Origin: Acidimicrobiia bacterium
GTDB taxonomy: Bacteria; Actinomycetota; Acidimicrobiia; IMCC26256; JACDBD01
Direction of reading: 5' to 3'
DNA length: 64,000 nucleotides
Assembly: GCA_035637335.1 (NCBI GenBank)
Contig: DASPXI010000030.1
Location: forward strand, 634-64,633
Part shown: positions 53,291 to 60,717 of the stretch, piece after piece
How positions within the stretch are numbered: position 1 is the stretch's first letter
How the letters are laid out: the number at the start of each line of letters is the position of its first letter
The notes under the pieces: generated by a model
Told to the model about the DNA's origin: nothing
The model's database searches: none
What the model saw: only the letters and a program-made list of their open reading frames with translations
Made by a program: the position numbers and the translations under genes

Positions 53291-54138
53291 GACAACCCGA
53301 CCTGGGCGAGGTAGGCGGCGTGGTTCGGGAGGTCGACGTACTTCGCCCGGAACGCGTCCCAAGCTTCCGGCGACTTGGCGCTGGCGGCGTACTGGCGCTG
53401 GAACGCCTCGTCGCGCTCGTAATCGGGCGCACAGGACGTGAAGTGCGCGCCGTACGGGGCTTCGACGACGGCGTCGGTCAGGTGGCGCGGCAGACGCAGG
53501 CTTTCGACCGGTCCTTCGGCGAGGAAGTCCTCCGTGCCGACGATCTGCTCCACCGACATGAAGCGCTTCGTCGCCGCCCGGAGCATGAGGTCGTCCATGT
53601 AGGGGTCGACACTGAGGAACTGTCCGTTGCCGCGCTGGTCGCCCCGGTTGACGTGCACGATGGCGGCGTCGAGCACGATCGCCGGCGCGGCCACGAGCTC
53701 CTCGCCGTCGTCGTACGGCGAGCGGATGGTCCGCAATCCGGGATGGGCGCGGAACAGGTCTGACCCCAGCCCGATCCGGGTCGGCAGGAAGGGGACGCGC
53801 CAGGCTGCGGCCTGGAGCCCGAGATAGAACGTGCCCTCGTCGTGCTGCACGGTCGCGATCCGCCGTGACTCGACCGCGGCCCGGAAATGCGGCTCCAGTG
53901 GGATGGAGTCGAGCGAGACGAACGCGAACACGACCTTGGCGACCTTTCCGGCCGCACACAGGAGTCCGACATCGGGTCCGCCGCACGAGACGACCGTGAG
54001 GTCGGAGAGGTCGGACCGCGCGATGGCGCGCACCACGCTCATGGGCTTGCGGCGCGAGCCCCACCCGCCGATTCCCAGCGTCATGCCGTCGTGCAGCTCG
54101 GCGACGACATCGTCTTCTGTCGCGCGCTTGTCCGTCAT
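53287..54138 (-). CDS. ipdA: CoA-transferase-fold ring hydrolase, subunit A
   Basis: GMTLGIGGWGSRRKPM, DLTVVSCGGPDVGLLCAAGKV, FVSLDS and EAPYGAHFTSCAPDYERDEAFQRQYA match my memory of mycobacterial IpdA block for block. Confidence 0.8.
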   Translation of the reverse strand: MTDKRATEDDVVAELHDGMTLGIGGWGSRRKPMSVVRAIARSDLSDLTVVSCGGPDVGLLCAAGKVAKVVFAFVSLDSIPLEPHFRAAVESRRIATVQHDEGTFYLGLQAAAWRVPFLPTRIGLGSDLFRAHPGLRTIRSPYDDGEELVAAPAIVLDAAIVHVNRGDQRGNGQFLSVDPYMDDLMLRAATKRFMSVEQIVGTEDFLAEGPVESLRLPRHLTDAVVEAPYGAHFTSCAPDYERDEAFQRQYAASAKSPEAWDAFRAKYVDLPNHAAYLAQVGLS

Positions 54139-54882
54139 CTACTTCTTGTCGACGAACGCGTCGCGTGCCTCGTCGGCGACGCCGGTGAGATTGAGCTCGA
54201 ACGTGTATCCCTGCTCGTACCGATACGACTTCTTGACGTCGACAGGGTCGATGCCGTTCAGCGATTCCTTGGCCGCCCGGATCACCATGGGGTCCTTTTC
54301 GGCGATGCGGCGGGCGAGGGCGTAGGCGGCGTCTCGCAGCCGGTCGTGCTCGACCACGGCGAGCACGGAGCCGTAGTGGTGGAGCTCCTGCGCCGTCACG
54401 GTGGTCGCCGTGTACACCATCTCCCGCATCTTGTGCTGGGGAACGAGACGGGCCAGATGCGTGGCCGCGCCGAGCGCCCCCCGGTCGACCTCGGGGAGCC
54501 CGAAGGTGGCGTCGGTCGTGGCGAGGATGATGTCGGCGTTGCCGGCAAGACCGACGCCGCCACCGAGGCAGTAGCCGTGGACGGCGGCGATCACCGGCAC
54601 CGCGCATTCGTACACGGCCGCGAAGGCGGCGAAGCAACCGCGATTGGCGCCGACGAGGGCATGAAAGCCTTCGGTGCGCTGCATCTCCTTGATGTCGACG
54701 CCGGCGTTGAAGCCCTTGCCCTCGGCGCGCAGGATCACGACGCGGACGCGCGGGTCGTCGCCGAGCCCGCGTATCGTGTCGGCGAGCTCGAACCATCCGG
54801 CGACGGTCAACGCGTTGACCGGCGGGTTGTCCATCACGACCTCGGCGATGCCGTCGCCGTCGACCGCGTGCGAGATGCCCAT
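54139..54882 (-). CDS. echA20: enoyl-CoA hydratase-family protein, syntenic with EchA20
   Basis: Crotonase motifs (VVILRAEGKGFNAGVD, IAAVHGYCLGGG). It is the first gene of the echA20-ipdA-ipdB-ipdC order. Confidence 0.7.
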   Translation of the reverse strand: MGISHAVDGDGIAEVVMDNPPVNALTVAGWFELADTIRGLGDDPRVRVVILRAEGKGFNAGVDIKEMQRTEGFHALVGANRGCFAAFAAVYECAVPVIAAVHGYCLGGGVGLAGNADIILATTDATFGLPEVDRGALGAATHLARLVPQHKMREMVYTATTVTAQELHHYGSVLAVVEHDRLRDAAYALARRIAEKDPMVIRAAKESLNGIDPVDVKKSYRYEQGYTFELNLTGVADEARDAFVDKK

Positions 54883-54894
54883 GCGTTCCTGAAT

Positions 54895-54909
54895 CTGATG
54901 GCCCGTCAG
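54895..54909. promoter_or_regulatory. 15-bp variant palindrome (aATCTGA-tggcccg-TCAGATg)
   Basis: Lies in the 49-bp divergent region between echA20 and the SDR at 54932. Read as CTGAt-ggccc-GTCAG, it resembles the 44667 variant. Confidence 0.45.
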
Positions 54910-54931
54910 ATGTGAGGGCTACCTTATCCGC

Positions 54932-55711
54932 ATGGCGGATCCGCTGGACATGGCGGACAAAGCGGTGATCGTCACCGGCGGGTGTCGCGGCGTGGGGCGC
55001 GGGATCGCGGAGCGGTTCCTCACAGCCGGCGCGCACGTCGTCGTCTGCTGCCGGCACGAGCCCGAGACGTTGCCGCGCGGCGGTGATCGCGACGCGGCGT
55101 TCGTCGCCGCCGACGTGCGGGAGCCGGCGGAGATCGACAAGGTCATCGGGTTCGCGACTGTGCGATTCGGGCGGGTCGACGTGCTCGTGAACAACGCCGG
55201 GGGGTCGCCGCCCGCCGACTCGGCCACTGCGTCACCGAAGTTCTCGACTGCGATCATCTCGCTCAACCTCATCGCGCCGCTCGTGTTCGCGCAGAAGGCG
55301 AACGCGGTCATGCAGGAGCAGGCGGACGGCGGGGTCATCATCAACATCGCCAGCGTCAGCGGGCTCCGCCCATCGCCGGGGACCGCCGCCTATGGCGCGG
55401 CCAAGGCGGGGTTGCTGAACCTGACCGAGACGCTCGCGGTGGACTACGCGCCAAAGGTGCGGGTCAACGCGGTCACCGCAGGGCTCGTGAAGACCGAGCA
55501 GTCACACCTCTTCTACGGCGACGAGGAGGGCCTGAAGGCCGTGGGCGCGACTGTGCCGCTGGGCCGGATGGCCGAGCCGTCCGACATCGGCGACGTGTGC
55601 CTGTTCCTCGCATCGCCCCTCGCCAGCTACGTGAGCGGCGAGAGCATCGTGGTGCATGGCGGCGGCGAGCGCCCTGCCTACCTCGACGCCGCGAAGAACC
55701 TGTCTTCTTGA
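54932..55711 (+). CDS. SDR family oxidoreductase
   Basis: AVIVTGGCRGVGRGIA, NNAGG and YGAAKAG. Divergent from echA20, as SDR genes are in the mycobacterial locus. Confidence 0.85.
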   Translation: MADPLDMADKAVIVTGGCRGVGRGIAERFLTAGAHVVVCCRHEPETLPRGGDRDAAFVAADVREPAEIDKVIGFATVRFGRVDVLVNNAGGSPPADSATASPKFSTAIISLNLIAPLVFAQKANAVMQEQADGGVIINIASVSGLRPSPGTAAYGAAKAGLLNLTETLAVDYAPKVRVNAVTAGLVKTEQSHLFYGDEEGLKAVGATVPLGRMAEPSDIGDVCLFLASPLASYVSGESIVVHGGGERPAYLDAAKNLSS

Positions 55712-55752
55712 TGCGTCCCAAAGGGCCCAAATAGTCCCCTGTGGGACGCATC
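55710..55752. terminator. hairpin between convergent SDR genes; probable bidirectional terminator
   Basis: GATGCGTCCCA...TGGGACGCATC forms a perfect 11-bp stem, extendable by aGGG/CCCt inside the loop. Confidence 0.65.
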
Positions 55753-55754
55753 CC

Positions 55755-56537
55755 TTACGGGTGCTGGCTGCTGACGGAGACGACCTCGCCGGTCATGTAG
55801 CCGGAGTAGTTGCTGGCGAGGAAGACGATCACGTTGGCGACCTCCCACGGCTCCGCCGAGCGACCGAAGGCCTCGCGCGTCACGAGCTCGTCGATGGTCT
55901 CCTGGGGCATGACCTTCGCCAGGTGCTCGTGGACGGCCAGGCTCGGAGCGACGGCGTTGACGCGCACGTTGGCGGGCGCGGCCTCGATCGCCGCGCACCT
56001 GGTGAGCGCCATCACCCCGGCCTTGGCTGCCGCGTAGTGCGCCTGTCCTTCCTGCGCCCGCCAGCCGAGCACCGACGCGTTGTTGACGATGACGCCATGG
56101 CGGCGCGGCAGCATGTACTGCAACGCGGCCCGGGTGCAGCGAAACGTCCCGTTGAGGGTCACGTCCAGGACGCGCGACCACTGCTCGTCGGTCATCTCGA
56201 CGAGAGGAGCGGTCCCTCCGAGCCCGGCGTTGTTGATCACCACGTCGAGGGCGCCTGTCGTCCCGATCGCGGTGTCGAACAGCGCGTCGACCTGCCGCTG
56301 GTCGGTCACGTCGCACACCGCCGTCGCCGGGCGCACACCCGTGACGTTCTCGAGCTGCTCCGCGGCTTCGCCGAGGCGGCGCTCGTGCTGGTCGCTCAGC
56401 ACCACGACCGCGCCTTCCTCGGCGCAGCGCTTCGCGGTCGCGAACCCGATGCCGGTGCCCGCGGCCGCCGTCACCAACACGCTCTTGCCATCCAGGAGCG
56501 CGTGGGAAGCCGGGTACGGCGGTACCGAGGAAGTCAC
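55755..56537 (-). CDS. SDR family oxidoreductase
   Basis: VLVTAAAGTGIGFATA, NNAGLGG and YAAAKAG. GTGA overlap with the upstream ACAD. Confidence 0.85.
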   Translation of the reverse strand: MTSSVPPYPASHALLDGKSVLVTAAAGTGIGFATAKRCAEEGAVVVLSDQHERRLGEAAEQLENVTGVRPATAVCDVTDQRQVDALFDTAIGTTGALDVVINNAGLGGTAPLVEMTDEQWSRVLDVTLNGTFRCTRAALQYMLPRRHGVIVNNASVLGWRAQEGQAHYAAAKAGVMALTRCAAIEAAPANVRVNAVAPSLAVHEHLAKVMPQETIDELVTREAFGRSAEPWEVANVIVFLASNYSGYMTGEVVSVSSQHP

Positions 56538-57721
56538 GCCGTCACCTTGGGCTCCGGCGGCAAACCAAGCGCGCGCTCGCCGATTACATTGCGCTGAATC
56601 TCGTTCGAACCGCCATAGATCGTGTCGGCCCGCGTGAACAGGAACAATCGCTGCGCCGGGCTCAACTCGTACCGCGCCGCCGGAACGACAGCCGCCTCGG
56701 GGCCGAGCACGTCGACCGCGAGCTCACCGAGTCGCTGGTGAAAGCCCGCCCAGTACAGCTTGTGGATCGCGGTCTGGGGAGTGAGATCGCCGCGAGCCAT
56801 CGACGTCAGGCTCCGCAGGGCGTTGTACCGCATGATGCGCAAACCGATCCATGCCTCCGCCAGCCGCTGCCGGATGACCGTGTCGGACGAGCGCCCGTTC
56901 TTCTTTGCGGTCTCGGTGATCTCCGTCAACTCGTTCTCGAACGACAGCTGCTGCCCGAGCGTCGACGCGCCACGCTCGAACGCAAGCGTGCCCATCGCGA
57001 CCTTCCAGCCCCCGTTTACCTCGCCGACGACGTTGCCGGCGGCGGTGCGTGCGCCGTCGAAGAACACCTCGTTGAACTCCGATGTCCCCGTGAGCTGCAC
57101 GATGGGACGGAGCTCGATCCCCGGCTGACGCATCGGGACGAGCAGGTACGAGATGCCGCGATGGCGCGGCGCGTCCCGATCGGTGCGGCACAGCACGAAG
57201 CACCAGTCAGCCCAGTGCGCCAGCGACGTCCAGATCTTCTGGCCCGTGATCACCCACTCGTCGCCGTCGCGCTCGGCTCGTGTCTGGACGTTGGCCAGGT
57301 CGGAACCGGCGTCGGGTTCCGAGTACCCCTGGCACCACACCTCCTCGCCCGACGCGATCGGCGGGAGAAAGCGGCGCTTCTGCTCATCGGAGCCGAAGTG
57401 CAGGATCGTCGGGCCGATGAGTCCTTCGCCGACGATTCCGACCCGGCCCGAGCCGCCGGCGCGGGCGTACTCCTCGTAGAAGATCACCTGCTGCAGCAGC
57501 GACGCGTCGCGCCCGCCGTACTGCTCGGGGAAGGACAGGCACGCCCAGCGCCCCGCACCGAGCGCGCGCTCCCACGCCAGGCGCTCCTCGAACAACGCAT
57601 GCTCGTCGCCCGGGCCGCCCCGTCCGCGCACGCTCGCGAACCGGCCCGTGAGCTGGTCGGTCAGCCACTCGCGCGCCTCGGCGCGAAACGCCTCGTCCTC
57701 GGGCGCGTACCGGAGGTTCAC
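56534..57721 (-). CDS. acyl-CoA dehydrogenase, catalytic large-subunit-like
   Basis: YSEPDAGSDLANV and IYGGSNEIQRNVIGERALGLP. GTG 57721 (VNLRYAPEDEAF). The track ORF is over-extended to 57907. Confidence 0.85.
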   Translation of the reverse strand: MNLRYAPEDEAFRAEAREWLTDQLTGRFASVRGRGGPGDEHALFEERLAWERALGAGRWACLSFPEQYGGRDASLLQQVIFYEEYARAGGSGRVGIVGEGLIGPTILHFGSDEQKRRFLPPIASGEEVWCQGYSEPDAGSDLANVQTRAERDGDEWVITGQKIWTSLAHWADWCFVLCRTDRDAPRHRGISYLLVPMRQPGIELRPIVQLTGTSEFNEVFFDGARTAAGNVVGEVNGGWKVAMGTLAFERGASTLGQQLSFENELTEITETAKKNGRSSDTVIRQRLAEAWIGLRIMRYNALRSLTSMARGDLTPQTAIHKLYWAGFHQRLGELAVDVLGPEAAVVPAARYELSPAQRLFLFTRADTIYGGSNEIQRNVIGERALGLPPEPKVTA

Positions 57722-57762
57722 GCGGCAAAAGCTACTCGGGGGTCTGCTAGAAGCTGCTGCCG

Positions 57763-58299
57763 ATGCGTTCTCTTCGTCGCTATTTCGTGTTCGGACCCCT
57801 GATCGCCGCAGCCGTTGCATTCGCCGATGCGGCGCCGGCGGCAGCGAAGGACACCGGCGTCTGCACCCTGTTGACGCGCTCGGAGGCCGGGAAGCTCCTC
57901 GGGGCAAAGGTCGTGAAGACCGAGAAGAAGACGAGCAAGATCAACGACGCCCAGGAGTGCACCTACAAGACGAACAAGGCCCAAAAACAGTTCAAGGATC
58001 GCGGTGCGAAGATGCAGCTCGAGGTGACCGTACAGCCCGTCACGGACAAGCTGCGGGCCGAGCTGCAGCGCATCCCGACCAACGAGGGGGAGCGGGTCGA
58101 AGGTCTCGGCGACGAGGCGTACGCGACGAAGTTCGACTATGTCATAGCCGTCTCCGGCAACACCGCCGTGCAGGCGAAGCTGCAGAACTACCAGGGCTCG
58201 CCGACGAAGTTCCGCAGCGTGTCGGAAGGCGCAGTACGCATGGCGTTGCCGCGCCTCGACCGGGTATCGGTGAAGCCGCCAAGCAGCGCGCCGAGCTAG
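57763..58299 (+). CDS. secreted protein (DUF3558-like, two conserved Cys)
   Basis: Signal peptide MRSLRRYFVFGPLIAAAVAFADA. The mature part is Lys-rich, with GVCTLLTRSEAGKLLG and ECTY. Lower GC than the flanks. Confidence 0.65.
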   Translation: MRSLRRYFVFGPLIAAAVAFADAAPAAAKDTGVCTLLTRSEAGKLLGAKVVKTEKKTSKINDAQECTYKTNKAQKQFKDRGAKMQLEVTVQPVTDKLRAELQRIPTNEGERVEGLGDEAYATKFDYVIAVSGNTAVQAKLQNYQGSPTKFRSVSEGAVRMALPRLDRVSVKPPSSAPS

Positions 58300-60632
58300 T
58301 CGAGCGCGCCGTCGCGCTCGAGCTCTTTGCGTTCGGCCGGCGAGAGCCCGAGTACTTCGCCCAGCGCCCAGTCGTTGTCCTGGCCGAGCGTCGGACCCGA
58401 GCGGCTGTAGCCGTGCGGCGCGTCGCTCAGCCTGATGCCGTTGCGCTCGTACAGCCCTTCGCCCATGAACGGGTGCGTGAGCCGAACGAAGTGCGCACGC
58501 GACGCGACTTGGGGGTCGTCGTGCACGTCGCCGAAGTCCCACACGGGGACGGCTTCGATGCCGGCGGACTGGAGCAGGTCCGCGACCTCCTCGCGCGTGC
58601 GCGTCGACGTCCAAGCTCCGACGGCGGCCTCGACGTCGTCGACGCGCTCGAGCCGCGCCGTCAGCGTGGCCAGGGACGGATCGTCGAATCCGATGATGCC
58701 CGACAGGCGTGTCCATTCGTTGTCGGTCCAGCACGCGATGGCGACCCAACGATCGTCACCGCGGCACGCGAAGACTCCGTGCGGGACGGCGCGTGTCGAC
58801 CGGTTGCCCATGCGCGTGCCGATCACGCCGTCGAGCTCGTACTCGAGGAGCCACGGGCTCAGTGAGTAGCTCCCCGCCTCGACCTGGGCGAGGTCGAAGT
58901 AGACACCCCGCCCGGTCCGCCGCCGGTACAGCAGCCCGGCGGCCAACGCCGAGGCGACGAAGCGAGGCCCGAGCGAATCGGTGATCGTGCCGTACGGCCC
59001 GACCGGCTCCCGGTCGGGCCAACCGGTGAGCCAGTTGAACCCCGACAGCGCCGCGCCCTGCCCCCCGAACCCCGGGTAGTCGCGATGCGGGCCGGTCTGC
59101 CCCTGCAGGCACGAGCTCACCATCACGAGATCGGGTTTGACCGACGCGAGCGTGTCGTAGCCGAGTCCGAACCCGCGCATCGCCCGCGGCGCGAAGTTCT
59201 CGACGACGGCATCCGCCCATTCGCCGACGAGCCGCTTCACCACGTCGATCGCCTTGGGATGCTTGAGGTTCAGCGTGAGGCTGCGCTTGCCGACGTTGAG
59301 GCCGTCGAACATCGGCGCCCCCTCGAGCCCGTGCGGGTTGTCAGGGCCGAGCGCGTACACGCGCAGGAAGTCCGGGCGGCTGCGCGATTCGACCCGCAGC
59401 ACCGTCGCGCCGTGCTCCACGAAGTAGCGCGTCGCGATCGGCCCTGCTGCCCCCGACCCGAACTCGATGATGTTCGTGCCGTCCCACGCCGGCCCCCCGG
59501 CGCGTTGGGACACGATGTGGGTGCCGGGAGCCGCATCGTGTCCCAGCGTGGGGGTGCCCGAGCCCAACTCGGGCGCAGGACCCGACGGGCGTGCGGGCGC
59601 CGCCTCGCCGTCGCGGCTGGAGACGATCACGAACGACCGCGGGAACCGGGCGACGTCCCCGAGCGGACCGAAGAACTCGCGCGCCGCAAGCTGGGCGCTG
59701 GCGTAGATCTCACGGGGTGAGTTGCACGGGGCGAGCATGAGGTTGGTCTCGCACGCGATCTCGTACAGCTCCTGCATCGTGTGACGGGCGAAGTACTCGG
59801 CGACCGGCTCCTCGATTGCTTTCAGCTCCTCGTCGGAGGCGGTCGTGTGCGAGAAGTCGTGCCAGTCGCGTTCGGTCAAAGCGCGCGCGTCGATGCCGTC
59901 GTCGACCGCCAGGCGCGTGAGTGTCTGGAGGCTGGGCATCCGTGCCTTGCCGCCGCGCAGGCCGAAGGAGACCCACCCGTCCTTGCACGGCCAGATCTCG
60001 CGCGTGCGGCCGATGTTGGCGCCGCGCCGCGCGCCCCGGTGCCCGGTCTTCGGGAACGACGCGAGCCCGACCATGTTGGAGACGAACACGACCTCCTGCA
60101 TCGAGACGTCGACGCGCTGTGGAGCACCCGACGCCAGCGCGGTCAGCACCGCGAACGCGGTCTCGGCGCCGACGTGCGAGTAGCCGGACGGCTCGCTGCA
60201 GCGCACGGGCGGGCGATCGGGGTCGCCGGTGGCGAACATGTTCCCGCTCGATGCCATGACCCCGAGGTCAGAGGCACTCCAGCCGGCGCGCGGCCCGGTC
60301 CGACCGAACGGCGTGACGCTCACCCAGACCGCGTCGGGCGCGCGCGCCGGGTCGAGCTCGGTCGCGCCCGGAAAGCCGGGCGTTTCGATCACGGCGTCGG
60401 CCATTGCGAGCAGCTCGTCGAGACGTGGGTCGTCGGGCCCGTCGACCGCGACGCTCGACTTGCCCGCGCCCCAGGCGAGGAAGCGGCGGGGGAGCGCGCG
60501 CAGCGGGTGACCGTCCGGCGGTTCGACGAGGATCACGGCGGCACCGAGGTCGGCCAGGATGCGCCCCGCCATCGCGGCCGGCTCGCCGGCGAGATCGACG
60601 ACGCGGGTGCCGGCCAAGAGTGCTTCGGTCAT
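58296..60632 (-). CDS. tandem (two-module) family III CaiB/BaiF CoA-transferase
   Basis: Two consecutive modules each start with the family N-terminal pattern (GTRVVDLAGEPAAMAGRILADLGA... and GTNIIEFGSGAAGPIATRYFVEHGA...). 778 aa. Confidence 0.8.
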   Translation of the reverse strand: MTEALLAGTRVVDLAGEPAAMAGRILADLGAAVILVEPPDGHPLRALPRRFLAWGAGKSSVAVDGPDDPRLDELLAMADAVIETPGFPGATELDPARAPDAVWVSVTPFGRTGPRAGWSASDLGVMASSGNMFATGDPDRPPVRCSEPSGYSHVGAETAFAVLTALASGAPQRVDVSMQEVVFVSNMVGLASFPKTGHRGARRGANIGRTREIWPCKDGWVSFGLRGGKARMPSLQTLTRLAVDDGIDARALTERDWHDFSHTTASDEELKAIEEPVAEYFARHTMQELYEIACETNLMLAPCNSPREIYASAQLAAREFFGPLGDVARFPRSFVIVSSRDGEAAPARPSGPAPELGSGTPTLGHDAAPGTHIVSQRAGGPAWDGTNIIEFGSGAAGPIATRYFVEHGATVLRVESRSRPDFLRVYALGPDNPHGLEGAPMFDGLNVGKRSLTLNLKHPKAIDVVKRLVGEWADAVVENFAPRAMRGFGLGYDTLASVKPDLVMVSSCLQGQTGPHRDYPGFGGQGAALSGFNWLTGWPDREPVGPYGTITDSLGPRFVASALAAGLLYRRRTGRGVYFDLAQVEAGSYSLSPWLLEYELDGVIGTRMGNRSTRAVPHGVFACRGDDRWVAIACWTDNEWTRLSGIIGFDDPSLATLTARLERVDDVEAAVGAWTSTRTREEVADLLQSAGIEAVPVWDFGDVHDDPQVASRAHFVRLTHPFMGEGLYERNGIRLSDAPHGYSRSGPTLGQDNDWALGEVLGLSPAERKELERDGALD

Positions 60633-60648
60633 CGTCCCTCTCGTCGAC

Positions 60649-60664
60649 CTGACGCTCGTGTCAG
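60649..60664. promoter_or_regulatory. palindromic operator candidate CTGAC-N6-GTCAG
   Basis: gaCCTGACgctcgtGTCAGac lies 17 nt from the CoA-transferase ATG and 54 nt from the amidohydrolase ATG. Confidence 0.6.
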
Positions 60665-60717
60665 ACTACTGTGACGCACGTCGTCCCGAGCCGAGCCTCG
60701 CACGGGAGGAGTCCGGC

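Noticed and set aside
54883-54931. KstR or KstR2 operator boxes in the ipd/echA20 promoter and other catabolic promoters
   Set aside because: I looked for TnnAACnnGTTnnA and AnCAAGnnCTTGnT-like dyads in the intergenic regions and found none. Only the CTGA-type dyads are present.
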